A stretch of DNA of 63,833 nt, counting the filler, from Craspedostauros australis (taxonomy: Eukaryota): the NCBI GenBank assembly GCA_030167865.1. It is 10 parts of 10 records of this genome, joined end to end, with 100 filler letters (N's around TTAATTAATTAA, not from the genome) between each part and the next. Parts side by side here need not be neighbours in the genome. Positions count along the whole stretch, not along the records: positions 33,460 to 57,067 come from JALAGF010006344.1; 9 more parts are not named here. The stretch is one strand, 5' to 3'. Positions 33,460 through 46,530 of this stretch are shown piece by piece. Under the pieces are notes generated by a model that had not been told where the DNA came from, ran no database searches, and saw only the letters and a list, made by a program, of their open reading frames with translations. Numbering within the stretch: the stretch's first letter is position 1; every line of letters starts with the position of its first letter. Position numbers and translations under genes: made by a program.

Positions 33460-36142
33460 GCCCTTCAGCTTGCGGAGGGCTGTCGATGCATGCCGGAGGT
33501 ACGTCGCAGCAGGCGATAGAGCGGCCATTTGCAGCGCATGCTCGCCCGTTTGAAGATTGCGCTGCAACGTTTCCAAATGATCCTTGCTGGCCACACAGTT
33601 CAGATGGTCCGTCGCTATGAACATGAAACTGGTGTCGTTGCCAGCCGAAGTGCGCGCATGAGTTGTGGAGGAAGAGTCCTGCAGACTACGACTGTGGCTG
33701 AGTGATGTATCCGTGCACAACTCCCACAGACATCGGCCGACACGCAGCCGGAGCTTGGTGCGGACCTCTCCGAATGGAACCAGTCCCCGGGCTGCCTCCT
33801 GAATGCGATCATGAGCGAAGCGGTAGGTGGTTCCGCCGATGGCATTGTGCAGGAGGCCTTCGAGCACGGCTTGCTCCAGCAGCTCGGAAAGATCGCTGCC
33901 GCGTTCGTCCGCAACAAGTGCAGGGTGGGAATTGGCACGGTCTCTGGAGTGCTCGATGATCTCGTCACTGGCCCGGTTGTGTTTCTCTTCGTAGTCCAGC
34001 ACGATCTGCAGCAAGTCAGAATCGAACGATGATCTGATGTACGATGCGATGGCCAGCGCCTTCTGCAGGGCGACAGGCAAAGCCTTCATCTGGGATGAGA
34101 TGAGACGGAGGACACCCCTTGAATTGGTTGATGATGAACTGAACTGGGAGAGCTCATCGGTATCGAGCTCATCATTCAGCGCCCATTGGGACATGATGCG
34201 GTCATACTGGAGGATGCTCTTGCGCTCCATCTCTTGTAGCAACTGTACAGAATGGAAGATGTTGCCATTTGTGCGCTTGAAGAGGTAGTCGGTGATCTTG
34301 GTGAGAGCATCATCTTCCTCATCTTCCCCATCTTCTTCGTCACCACTCGCTACGGGTATGTCGACATCGATGGAGTTGTGCCGGTGAAGGAGTTGAGTGA
34401 TCCATGAGTGGAGCTGTTGCTTCGTGAAGCTTGCGACATGAATATTGGTGTATGGTGATGTGAGAGTGCGGTCGTCATGGTCAACGCACTGTGATGCATC
34501 ATCTCCCACCTCTTGTGCTTGTGATTGACGCATCTCACTCAGCAGCTTCATGAATGGGACATCGGGATCCAGATCCAGCAGCTCGGTTGGTGAGTGGGGA
34601 TTGTAGTCTTGTCGGATCGTGCCGAGCCACAGGAAGTTGGGATGGCNCATCGTGGTGGACATGAGNTCCATGCTCTGCTGGGATGCCCATTGCAGATCAT
34701 CGAGCACCAGTATNATTGGGGATGCCTTCGATGAGATGGAGGTCAAGAGCTGGGAGAAGGCGTACTGGAATCTGTTCCAGACAGTGTCATTGGCAGTGAT
34801 CTGAGAGGAAGTCGCTTCGGGTTGTGGTTGTGGTTGTGGTTGTGGTTGTGACTGGGATTGCGGCTTTGGCGACTGGTCGGTATTGTCGTTGACGTTGTTG
34901 GCGTCGTTGTTGATAAGGATGGAGAGTGATGGCACGAAAGACAGCAGGAGGTTGATCTGTTCGGATGTCAACGTGCTTGCCTTGATCCGAGCTCGCAACC
35001 GCTGTAAATCCATCCTGTGTGCAGGAGCAGAGGTGCTGGATTTGCCGATGTTTGTATGCGTGGCGGTAGATGTGGCCAGCGCGGCACACCATCCTGAAAA
35101 TGCTTGCGTGATGGCGGAGTAGGGATCGTTCTGCTGGTGCTTTTCGAACTTGCCCTTGAGGATGTGCACGCCCATGCCTGTGCTCTTGTTCTGCTGTTCG
35201 TGGCGGATCTGATCGCAGAAGGCATCCACTAGATGCGACTTGCCGGTTCCGCTTCCACCCCAGACGAATGCAGCCGGNNNNNNNNNNNNNNNNNNNNNNN
35301 NNNNNNNNNNNNNNNNNNNNNNNNNNNAGGATGGAGAGTGATGGCACGAAAGACAGCAGGAGGTTGATCTGTTCGGATGTCAACGTGCTTGCCTTGATCC
35401 GAGCTCGCAACCGCTGTAAATCCATCCTGTGTGCAGGAGCAGAGGTGCTGGATTTGCCGATGTTTGTATGCGTGGCGGTAGATGTGGCCAGCGCGGCACA
35501 CCATCCTGAAAATGCTTGCGTGATGGCGGAGTAGGGATCGTTCTGCTGGTGCTTTTCGAACTTGCCCTTGAGGATGTGCACGCCCATGCCTGTGCTCTTG
35601 TTCTGCTGTTCGTGGCGGATCTGATCGCAGAAGGCATCCACTAGATGCGACTTGCCGGTTCCGCTTCCACCCCAGACGAATGCAGCCGGGATGGATGGTG
35701 AAGCGTCATTGTTGTTCGATCCAACTTTGTGGGTGGAGGTGGAGGTGGGGGGAGGGACAGAGGATGACAATGCTGGTGATGTTGACGAAGATGCTGCAGT
35801 TGATGGTTGGGCCGTAACGGTCGATGGTGCTGGGGAAGTCGCGGTGCCTTTATGCATCATCTGGTTGAAGACTTGATGCAGGATCTGCAGTTCCTGGTCT
35901 CTGCCATAACAACTTGTGGTGTTGCCACCTCCATGGTTCTTCTCAAAAAGGCTGGGGGCCGCAGCAGCGCTCGGATCCATGTCATGTTGCCGAGAGTGAT
36001 CATGATCCGCGATGTTGCTGGGCGACGCTGTGGTGTCGTGCATCGTGGAAGTCGCCGCGGATGACTTGGCCTTTGATGACACCAACGAGGAGGCGTCGTC
36101 GTTGCAGCTCACAGTGCTTGCCATTGTTGTCATTGTCGCCAT
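33460..36142 (-). CDS. STAND-like AAA ATPase (AAA_16/COG3899-type), paralog B. Cut by the contig end; 34917-35277 duplicates 35328-35688 across a gap.
   Basis: YGRDQELQIL, Walker A GGSGTGKS, Walker B LVLDDLQWA, TNGNIF, YRFAHDRIQEAA. Confidence 0.85.
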
Positions 36143-37571
36143 TGTCGGCCTTGTCGCCGGCGGATCAGGCTGTGAGTTGGTATCGTTGAGTCGGCTTGAG
36201 TCGAGTCTGGGGAAGCGGAGTACGCATAGAGTATGTAATTATGATGCCTCCCCTGTTTCCTTCGGTCACTCTGAAACAATTGTTGCGGTGCTGTCGCTCG
36301 TACGAGCTTTGGGTATGCATGTACCTTCGTGTCTGACGAAAGCAGAAGAAAACTGTTTGGCCACCATCATCGTGCCATAGTCGTAACTGCGCGGGCTGCG
36401 AGGGTGAATGTTTGCGTGAAGCGTGACATCGAAATTGTCAACGAGCCTTCAAGCTCGGCCAGGCCGCTTCCATGATGGACGCGTGCGCTAACACGGTTGG
36501 AGCGCTTGACACCCTTTGTGTTTTCCTTGTTTGGTTTGGGGAGGAACAACCGAGAACCGTGGGACAGGAACGCATTAGACGCCTTTCGCGTTCAGCACAG
36601 CGCCTCCTTTTTATCTACAGAGGCGATTCCACTCTTTCATTGTGAAGGTCTCCGAACTAATAGTCCCACCCACGCTCCGAACGCCCCACCAAACGCAATC
36701 CCGGAATCTATGAGCACTTTTGTGTCATCATTCTATGTTCTCTGATGTTCGGCAACAAAGACGACGGTTACTCCACTACGAGTATGCCCTCGCACGGAGA
36801 AAACGGAGCAGCAGATGATCACTTCGCAGCCGAAGCCAGGCGCAACCCGCGAAGAACGTTGTTTTCTGGTCTTTTCGTCCTTGGGGTTTGGCGTCTCCAC
36901 ATTCAGTCCCTATCAAGAGTATCAACGTGATATCCCTTCCATCGCTTGTTGACATGTTTGGCGTAGTGACTGTATGTCAAGGGTTTGCTGAGTTTTCATG
37001 TCTGTTGGTCTACCAAACAAACAGTTGGGAGAAACAGACGCAACCCCACAAACATACGAGAAGCGAACAGACATTGGTCCAAATGCAACCACAAATCGAT
37101 ATCGACCGGAACCTTCAAGGCCATTGACTCCATGGATTCAACTCCACACTTGAAACGAAGAATATGGCGCCAATCTTCTTCCCAGACACTTTTCTCGTGT
37201 CCAAACTCAACACATCAACGGATGACATCAGAGACGACGATGCTCGCCATCGCATTTCACACCAGCTGGGGGCCAGCTCTGGCGTGTGACGATAGATTCA
37301 AGCCAATGTATAGTACCGCCCAGGAGTTGGCCTCATCCCGATCTTGGTAGGTGGTTGCGCGAGAGGGCATGGCCGTATCATGCTCGTGCTTTCCATATCG
37401 CGAGCAGCGTGGACACATGCATCAACAAGCCTACGATTATGCATGGGCCCAGCACCTATGCTCCCACATCATCACAGGTCATTCCATGATTGGCATGTGC
37501 CGCAACACAATTCCATGCTACAGGCATGATGTACGACGATTCAGTTGTGTTTCTACTGCCGACGAACTACG

Positions 37572-40500
37572 TTATGAGATGTCCGTCAAAGCAGAATGGT
37601 CATCCGCGTCATCTGGCGGTAAGTCCCCGTTGCTTCCGGACACGCGATTGCCTGGCTCTCCATCAACTTCTTCCTTTATCGTCGAAGTTTTTGATGCGCT
37701 TGCTGCTGAGTTCCTGACTGATACTGTTGGTCCGCCAGCATGTTCCTGAGTGTACACCGTCGCCAGATCAAACTGAGTTGCCATTCCGTGCTGAGGGGAG
37801 AACTCGACCATCTTGCTTCCGATCTTCTTACTCTGCGTGGCTTTCCCAAGTTGCTCCTCGTTGATGTACTGGCCACGTTTGGTGCGCAAGTCGTCACACT
37901 TGGCAGCTGCACCCCAGGCCTGATAGAACTCCATTGCTCGGGTGAAGTAAGGACCTGCCAGATCATCGCTGTCGATGCTGGATCTCAGTACGTGCTCGCC
38001 TGCCATCTCGCATGCCAATCCGGCCTCGTGGATTTGGCCGTTGCGTTGCGAGACGCCAATTGCCTTGTCATAACATTGGCGTACGTACGTTGGCATCGAC
38101 TCACTGGAGGTGATGGATTTCATTTCTGCTCGCAGAAGCAGGTAGCGGTTCAGCACGGCCTTGCCCTTGGTGTCGCATATCTTCTTGAGTTGTTTCTTGT
38201 ATTGACGCAGTACCTTGATATACTTGCGTTGGTCAGTTTGCCAGTACCGATTGGACGCCATCAAGCCAGTGAAGAGTGGGATCGTGGTTTGTGAAGTGAA
38301 GTCGGTCGCGTTGAGCTTGGCCGCCTTGAACTTCTTGTAGATCATTTCTGCATCCTTATACCTTCCGAAGTAGGTGGTGAGGAACAGCCGCTTCCAGTAG
38401 ACGGCGATCTGGGTGAGGGCATCGCTCTGTTCGTGGGCCTTCATGTCCGCGAAACTCTCCCAATTGATTTGGAGGATGCCCATCATATTTTTGGCGCCGT
38501 TGGTGTACTCGCGGATGGTATGCGTGTGGGCATTGTTCTTGTACATTCGAATTTGCTCGAAGAGCTGGTTGATCGCGGGTATCAAACCCGGGAGCGGAGA
38601 GCCTTGGATGAATGCGTACGAGATGGAGCCGAACAGAGCCAATATGCCTTGCTCGAAGTCGCCGGCTCTCATGGCCAAAATACGTGCTCGTCGAAAGTTG
38701 GCAACGATGTCCGCTGGTGGTCTACAGAATGGATCGATGAAGGACGATGCCACCAGGTATACTTGCCCAGCAGCTTTGTTGTCCTCTCCAACTCTGTCGA
38801 TGATAGCTTCAGCCAATTTGATGAACCTCTTGGCGTTTCTGTAGTCTCCGATGCCATTGTAAATGATTGCCAACATGGCGAAGCCATTTGCAGACTCACC
38901 GCAGATTCCCGCCCGTCTCGTGAGGGAGACGATGCGTGTGATGCCCAGCAACCCGGAAATGGAGTCTTGGCACACAAAGGCACGAAGGGCCAGTTGCCGC
39001 AAGACCTCCATCGAGACCAGTTGTCGAGCATTTGTTGTCACGTGACTTCGCCGCAAGAATTTAGCATTGGAGACACGGCCGAAGTAACATTTCAACGAAA
39101 TCATCTGGCAAGCAACGTGGAGTGCGTATCCGCGTTTGGGATATGCACCGCAGAGTTGCGCGGCCTTCTCATTGAGGCGTAGTGCCTCTACGTTCTTGCC
39201 CTGTTGACTGAGAGCCTTCGCCATTGCCACGCGTGTGGAAAGCGTGTCTTGCGTGGATGCGGCGCGTTCCAGAACCTCGTTGCCAATTGCGAAGCCTTGC
39301 TCGTAGTTGCCCAGCAAGAGTTCGACATCGCACTGACTATGAAGCAACCGAAGAACCAAGTTGTAATGGTCCTTCCAGGGATCGCCCTTCAGCTTGCGAA
39401 GGGCAGCCGATGCATGCCGGAGGTACGTTGCGGCCGGCGAAAGAGCGGCCATTTTCAGTGCATGCTCGCCCGTCTGAAGATTGCGCCGCAGCGTTTCCAA
39501 ATGGTCCTTGCTCGCCGCGCAGTTCAAGTGCTCCGTTGCGATGAACATCAAGCCAGCATCATTGGCGATTGACGTTCGTGTGTGGGCTGCACGGGAAGAG
39601 CCATGCAGTCTGCTGCTGAGTGATGTATTCGTGCATATCTCCCACAGACATCGACCAATGCGCAACCGAAGCTTGGCGCGGACCTCTCCGTATGGGACAA
39701 GTTCCTGCGCTGCCTGCTGGGCGCGATCGTGAGTGAAGCGGTAGATCGTTCCACCAATCGAGTTCTGCAGCAGACCTTCGAGCACAGCTTGCTCCAGCAG
39801 CTCGGAAAGGGTTCTGTCGCATTCGCTCGGCACTGGCGCAAGGCTAGAGCCGGTGCGTCTGCCAGCGCGCTCGATGATATCATCACCGGCCTGGCTGTAT
39901 GTCTCTTCGTAGTCCAGCACGATTTGCAGCAACTCGGTATCGAAAGATGACCTGATGTACGATGCGATGGCCAAGGTCTTCTGGAGAGCGACAGGCAGGG
40001 CCTTCATCTGGGATGAGATGAGACGGAGGACATCTCTGGGGTCCGTCAATGATGACGGACCGAAGCCTGCGGCTCCGTCGATGTTGAAATTCTCTTTCAG
40101 CTCCCATTGGGCAGATAGGCTGTTGAACTTGAGGACGCCCTTGCGCTCCAGTTCCTGTAGCAAGTGGACAGAATGGAAGATGTTTCCGTTTGTCTGCTTG
40201 AAGAGGTAGTCAGCGATTTTGATGGGGAGAGCATTGTCATCATCCTCGTCTCCATTCTCGATATCAACACTGCTGGTGTTGTGCCGGTGAAGGAGTTGAG
40301 TGACCCATGAGTGGAGCTGTTGGTTCGTGAAGTTTGCGACATGGATGTTGGTGTACGGTGTTGCGAGAGTACTGTCGTCATGAGAGGCCCCGTCAGCGTC
40401 ATCGCTGCCATTGTCGACAGACGGTTCATCCTGTAGCTCTTGCGCCTGTGCCTGAGCTTGACGCATCTCACTCAGCAGCTTCATGAATGGGACATCGGGA

Positions 40501-41630
40501 TCCAGATCCAGCAGCTCGGTTGGTGAGTGGGGATTGTAGTCTTGTCGGATCGTGCCGAGCCACAGGAAGTTGGGATGGCCCATCGTGGTGGACATGAGGT
40601 CCATGCTCTGCTGGGATGCCCATTGCAGATCATCGAGCACCAGTATAATTGGGGATGCCTTCGATGAGATGGAGGTCAAGAGCTGGGAGAAGGCGTACTG
40701 GAATCTGTTCCAGACAGTGTCATTGGCAGTGATCTGAGCGGATGCCGCTCCGGGCTGACATTGAGACAAGGACTTGGCTTGTGCTCCTGATTTCGATTTT
40801 GCCGACTGATCCGTGCTGTCGTTGTTCATAAGGATGGAGAGTGATGGCACGAAAGACAGCAGGAGGTTGATCTGTTCGGATGTCAACGTGCTTGCCTTGA
40901 TCCGAGCTCGCAACCGCTGTAAATCCATCCTGTGTGCAGGAGCAGAGGTGCTGGATTTGCCGATGTTTGTATGCGTGGCGGTAGATGTGGCCAGCGCGGC
41001 ACACCATCCTGAAAATGCTTGCGTGATGGCGGAGTAGGGATCGTTCTGCTGGTGCTTTTCGAACTTGCCCTTGAGGATGTGCACGCCCATGCCTGTGCTC
41101 TTGTTCTGCTGTTCGTGGCGGATCTGATCGCAGAAGGCATCCACTAGATGCGACTTGCCGGTTCCGCTTCCACCCCAGACGAATGCAGCCGGCATGAATG
41201 GCGAAGCATCGTCATTGTTCGGCTGGGCTGTGTTGGCGGAGGCAGATGCCATCGACGATGATGTTGACGACGATGACGCAGTCGATGGGAGGGTAGCAAT
41301 GGTCGATGGTACTGGGGAAGTTGCGGCGCTTTTATGCATCATCTGGTTGAAGACTTGATGCAGGATCTGCAGTTCCTGGTCTCTGCCATAACAACTTGTG
41401 GTGTTGCCACCTCCATGGTTCTTTTTGAAAAGGCCGGGAGCCGCAGCAGCGCTTGGTTCCCTGCCATGTTGAGAGTGATCATAATGATCCGCGATGTTGC
41501 TGGGCGACGCCGTGGTGTCGTGCATCGTGGAATATGCCGTGATCGACTTGTCGTCCGATGCTGCCAATGATGTCGATGATGTCATCGAGGTGGCGTCGTA
41601 CCTGTAGGTGCGGTTCGCAGTGCTTGCCAT
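37572..41630 (-). CDS. STAND-like AAA ATPase with long C-terminal helical/TPR-like region, paralog A (intronless, ~1350 aa)
   Basis: Same NTPase motifs as paralog B, FTHDRAQQAA, and C-terminal YDKAI...HEAGLACEMAG...YQAWGAAAK typical of COG3899-like multi-sensor ATPases. No kinase or cyclase domain is visible. Confidence 0.9.
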   Translation of the reverse strand: MASTANRTYRYDATSMTSSTSLAASDDKSITAYSTMHDTTASPSNIADHYDHSQHGREPSAAAAPGLFKKNHGGGNTTSCYGRDQELQILHQVFNQMMHKSAATSPVPSTIATLPSTASSSSTSSSMASASANTAQPNNDDASPFMPAAFVWGGSGTGKSHLVDAFCDQIRHEQQNKSTGMGVHILKGKFEKHQQNDPYSAITQAFSGWCAALATSTATHTNIGKSSTSAPAHRMDLQRLRARIKASTLTSEQINLLLSFVPSLSILMNNDSTDQSAKSKSGAQAKSLSQCQPGAASAQITANDTVWNRFQYAFSQLLTSISSKASPIILVLDDLQWASQQSMDLMSTTMGHPNFLWLGTIRQDYNPHSPTELLDLDPDVPFMKLLSEMRQAQAQAQELQDEPSVDNGSDDADGASHDDSTLATPYTNIHVANFTNQQLHSWVTQLLHRHNTSSVDIENGDEDDDNALPIKIADYLFKQTNGNIFHSVHLLQELERKGVLKFNSLSAQWELKENFNIDGAAGFGPSSLTDPRDVLRLISSQMKALPVALQKTLAIASYIRSSFDTELLQIVLDYEETYSQAGDDIIERAGRRTGSSLAPVPSECDRTLSELLEQAVLEGLLQNSIGGTIYRFTHDRAQQAAQELVPYGEVRAKLRLRIGRCLWEICTNTSLSSRLHGSSRAAHTRTSIANDAGLMFIATEHLNCAASKDHLETLRRNLQTGEHALKMAALSPAATYLRHASAALRKLKGDPWKDHYNLVLRLLHSQCDVELLLGNYEQGFAIGNEVLERAASTQDTLSTRVAMAKALSQQGKNVEALRLNEKAAQLCGAYPKRGYALHVACQMISLKCYFGRVSNAKFLRRSHVTTNARQLVSMEVLRQLALRAFVCQDSISGLLGITRIVSLTRRAGICGESANGFAMLAIIYNGIGDYRNAKRFIKLAEAIIDRVGEDNKAAGQVYLVASSFIDPFCRPPADIVANFRRARILAMRAGDFEQGILALFGSISYAFIQGSPLPGLIPAINQLFEQIRMYKNNAHTHTIREYTNGAKNMMGILQINWESFADMKAHEQSDALTQIAVYWKRLFLTTYFGRYKDAEMIYKKFKAAKLNATDFTSQTTIPLFTGLMASNRYWQTDQRKYIKVLRQYKKQLKKICDTKGKAVLNRYLLLRAEMKSITSSESMPTYVRQCYDKAIGVSQRNGQIHEAGLACEMAGEHVLRSSIDSDDLAGPYFTRAMEFYQAWGAAAKCDDLRTKRGQYINEEQLGKATQSKKIGSKMVEFSPQHGMATQFDLATVYTQEHAGGPTVSVRNSAASASKTSTIKEEVDGEPGNRVSGSNGDLPPDDADDHSALTDIS

Positions 41631-43521
41631 TGTTGTTTGCGTGGTATGTGGGAGAAGCTGTGGGTTGGCAATTGAGGCGGGTCGGGGTTGGATTGGGGTT
41701 GAGCTCAGCACGCTCTGGAGTAAATATGGCTACTGAATGCAAACTCACACAGATATTCTGTGCCAATGCGAATAGAGCCCACACCCGTGAATGTTGGTGT
41801 GTGATGGCTGTGATAGCCGAGGAATGCGACCATCGTGTTTTGGGAGTATCACGGCGATGCAGTTTTCTATTGCTGTAGGTGGTGTTACGGTCCCGTTTGG
41901 GGTCGTTGGCGGTTGTTGTCGTTCCTGTTGTTGCGGAAGAAGAGTGAAGGTCAGCACCAGCGCAACACAGAGTCTGTACCGACATTGACCGGTTCTTTTG
42001 CTCGCGCGAGTTTGTGACTGCTCTGCGCTGTCATGCCGCAGATGCTGTGGATGTTTTCTTCGGCGCGTCGTGTCTCGGTGCGCCTTTCGACGCTTCTGTG
42101 TGGTGGTTTCTTCTCCAGACGTTGATAACCAACAAGTTGGGGGCGACAATGTCACGTTCGGTGGTTCCGAGGGTGCAGTGTGGAGCGCTAACTTTTTCGC
42201 GAACGAGGTTCCCACAATTGTCGCTGCTGGGCTATGGGACTGAAATCTATCCAACAGCACCGCCAAACAGTTGCGTAACGCAATGGTGTGCTTGGAGGTT
42301 ATGCATTCCCACCCTTCGTCCACCCAACACCTTGGTGGCTGAAGTCGTACTCTGTGCAATAGAACGATGTCGCCCAAGACCCAATGCCCAAACACAGAGA
42401 CACAGATGCGAATGCCGAAAAATGCAGCCACCGCAAGTTCCGCGCTTGTTGCCTGTCGCTGTAGGTATGGCAGAAGCCATGACCGTAGCATAGGTCATAA
42501 TACCTTGTTGTGTGCACCAATCCACCGTTGGCACATTGATCATTAGCTTGTACATCACAGCCCCGTAGGTGGTTGTTTAAACCATCCCGAGAGAGTGTGT
42601 GTGTTCTGCGACTATTGCAGGGTGGAGTCCGCATGCGGTATGTATGGTGAATGTACCAAACGAGCAGAGAGCGATGCGAGATGGTCATTTGCTTTGATGT
42701 TGGAGATTGCACTGCGCCATGGAGTGTTGCTTGTGTTCCGTTTCTCTCCAAATGCACAGGTCGCAGTACACTGTTCACCCACACACCCAGAGAGAGAGAG
42801 AGAGAGAGGGAGCGGGGAGATTGTGACCTCCCATGAGGTGGCGAATGATGACTTCGGCATTTGCAATCGCCTTCTCCGCGTGCCACCAAAAGCACTTCAG
42901 TGCTTTGGACATCAACACAATCTCACTCCAAATCCCGTGGCGGAATCGCTGGTAAAAAGACGCGCCACCGGCATGCTTCCCCGCTTGTGCATGTTGTGAG
43001 CGGCGAAAGACGAAGTTGCGGTCATGTGTGTGTTCGCCATTCAGTCCTGTGTATCATGCCATTTCTGGTAATAGGTGACTGAAATGAAGGTCTTGTCATA
43101 GACATCAAATATAAGATTAAAAAATAATTTACCGTTATCACCTCGAAGGAAACTCAACTGGTGTTAATTAATATTTTACCTAAGCTTCCACAAGCGAACA
43201 CATCTGTGCGGGAACGACATGTACGACTCAATGGTTGTTCCCGATCAAACAGGACTAAATTTGAAAGACTAATGAAGCGCCAAGTTCTCGTTTCAACGGA
43301 CGATTGCTCCACGCGCATTTCTCCCGCCAAAATGCACCGCCACACAACGAAGTCGCAACGGAGAACGCAACGAAGAACACGACGAAACAAGCACACCCTC
43401 CCTCCGACCACGAAATCGGGCGGCAGAATCCATTGATCAAAACGCAAGGGCGAAGCAACACAAATAGTAGGAGAAGCAGAAGTACGCCACTCGACACACT
43501 ATTACCAAAAACCGTTCGACA

Positions 43522-46500
43522 ATGACGCCCCCTCAGCCCACCGCCGACGAAGGCACGGCAGCATCCGAGATGTCTCCAAGAGCATACCGATCCATCACGA
43601 AGAGCAAGGAACGGCGACGGTTTCAGAACCGACTCGCGTCGGCCATGACGGTGCTGACCGTTGTCCTCATGGTGGGTTTGTCGGTTCTTTTTGGCAAGAA
43701 TGGCGATGAAGAAATCAATGGCCTTGGGCCTATGGCTCGTGCCAACACCAACGCCAACGAATTCCTGGATTATCGCAGCAGCAGCAGCATGATCCAGGTT
43801 CCCACGAATATGCTGTCGTCGACAACATCCGACGAATGGTCTCATCCACCCGAAGGCAATCGCGCGTGGAGACGGCGCTGGCTTGACGACAATGACGGCG
43901 GCGATGCGGATGACAATGACGACGGAGACGTCGATTACTCCAAGTTCTCCTGTCATTCCATGTACGACCAGACCCCGATGCCAGGCAAGGAGCAGTGCCG
44001 ATTTGCCCGAGCTTGCAATCGTGGGAGAGGCATCTTCGCATCATGGGCCTTCTGTTCCAAGAAGTACAGCATCTTCACCATCTTCTGCATCATCTCGCCG
44101 TTCCTGCTGCTCTGGATGATCCTCCTGTTCCGCATGCTGGGATCCACGGCGGAGGATTTCTTCTCGCCGTCACTGGAGATGTTTTCTGGCAAGCTTGGTC
44201 TTCCGTAAGTATGGCAGCAATGCTGGTGCGTTCGTCAGTTCACGACGGATTTGACTTGAGTGTAGTAGGGTGCAGTGATCGAGGAATCGAAAACCCTGTG
44301 TGACATTTCTCAAAGATATCTATTGCCCATGGCCTCGAACATGCCCAACACTCACTGAGTCCTCAATTCCTTTCCCGCGCATGCAATATCTCAAATCAAT
44401 GTATCGTACCCACGCAACCAACGAACGAACGCAACGGACCGACAATCTGTAAACTTGTCTGGATCTTGCAGACCACGATTCGCTGGTGTTTCGCTGCTGG
44501 CCTTGGGAAATGGAGCGGCTGATGTGTCAGCGACCATGTCTGCCATCATCAGCGACAGCGAGAATGGGTACAAGCTTGCCATGGGAGAACTTACTGGTGC
44601 TGCCATGCTCGTGGGCGGCGTGATCTCCGGCGTCGTGGTGCTAGTGTCTGGAGGCGTTCCGTGTCGAGGTGCCCTCATCCGTGATGCCATGGCGCTGATA
44701 ATCACTGTGTTGGCGGTTTGGGGAACGTTCGTGAAGGGTGAGATCACGACGTCCTCGATCACCATCTTCCTCTCCCTCTACGTCCTCTTTGTCTGCCTCG
44801 TCCTTGCCGCGGACGTCTACCATCGGGCGGTCGTCCTGCCACGCCTGGCGCTGGTTGCGGACGACAGTGAACTTCAACGTCAAGCGTCGGCGGAACGCCA
44901 AATCAATGAGACAGCCGGCACCACTTCTGATGTTGCGATTTCAAGCGGAGAGAGTACGCCATCAAGTGATGGACTGATTTCGCCAGCGCAGGTGCAAGCG
45001 CAAGGACGGGCTGGCGGTACGCGCGTGCGCCCATCGCCGATCTCCCGAGTCATCACTGCGATCTCGAACTACGATAACCCAACCCAGGACGGTAACGGTG
45101 GCATCGTGCCAACGAACAGCGGTTGGGGAGTGGACTCTGACCAGCTGGAGCAGGACCAGCCCATCGTCCTCCATGGGCGGGACGGAATCCTCAGCGGTGA
45201 TCATCATCATCACCATCCAAGCCACAACAGCCACGATAACAGCGAAGACAGACCCGGAGGATTGCAGCCGTCAGGACAGCCGGATGAGTCGGGCGCATAC
45301 GAACTGGTGGACGACTCCATGGGTCAGATGTGCAGCGCTCGCAACACTGAGAGCTTCAGCGCATCCAACTGGAGCGGTGCGTGGAAGGACTGCAAACAGG
45401 AGCTGCAGGGACATGCGGTGGAAGTTTGGGAAGACATTTACTATGACGCCGATGTGCCAATCTTGGAACGGTTCCTGTTGACGTGCGAGCTCCCCTTCAC
45501 GTTCCTTCGCAAGGTGAGTGGTGTCCACAACCTTTTTGTCAGTTGAATGCGTATTCGTTTGTGGCATGGTACTGTTTTGACACGAGGTTGTGGCTCAGTG
45601 TCGATTTGTGTGCCGTGAGCATGTGCAGCAGCAGTGGGGGCAGCACATGTTGCTCAAGCACCATACTGCGACGCTGGTTTTCTAACGTCTCCCTTCTATC
45701 ATTGTCTCTGCTTCCCATTCCGTTGCATCGTCACATATCCGATACGACGCTGACACTTGAATACTGATTTGAAATTGAAAATTGAATTTGAACAGATCTC
45801 CGTCCCAATCCCATGCGAGGGGTACTACAACCGAGCGATCGTCGCGTTGTCGGTGGCGTTTTCGCCACTCTGGTTCGCGTATTACATCTCCCACGGGCAC
45901 CACCTCAACATGTTCTCGAGTGAGTGCTTAGTGTTCTTCCTGAGCTTTTGGGGCATCGCCATCATCGTTGCAATTCTGTTGGTCCGATTCGCGCCCGGCG
46001 GTGATGGCCAGATGTCGTTGAGCATCGCCACGCCTTTGGCTCTGTATGGCTTCTGCATCGCCGCCACGTGGATCGACTTCGTCGCCGACAACCTGGTATC
46101 GCTGCTGAACTTCATCGGCATCATCATGCGGATCCCAGCCACTATCATGGGGCTGACCATCCTGGCGTGGGGCAACTCCATGGGCGACCTGTCCGCCAAC
46201 CTCACGATGGCACGGAAGGGCCTTGCCAACATGGCCATGACCGCCTGCTTCGCCGGACCCGTGTTCAACATCCTGATGGGTCTGGGACTTGGCTTCTCCA
46301 GTTCCGCCGCAAGCACAGGGAATGCTGTGAAGGAGGTGTCCCTGTCGCCAACCGTCGTGGTTGGATTCATCTTCATCCTGCTCAACAGCATCGTCATCAT
46401 CTTCACTGGGCTGGTGCTTGGCAATGGACGCATCAAGCCATACTACGGGTACATCGCCCTCGCCCTTTACACTGTGTACGTCAGCATCGCGGTCGGCCTG

Positions 46501-46530
46501 CAGTTCACGAAACACGGAGAAAACCACTAG
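43522..46530 (+). CDS. Cation/Ca2+ exchanger, CCX/NCLX family; exons 43522-44204, 44472-45513, 45796-46530
   Basis: Alpha-1 repeat GVSLLALGNGAADV, alpha-2 repeat GLTILAWGNSMGDL, and STAEDFFSPSLE. GT-AG introns keep the frame. Confidence 0.93.
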
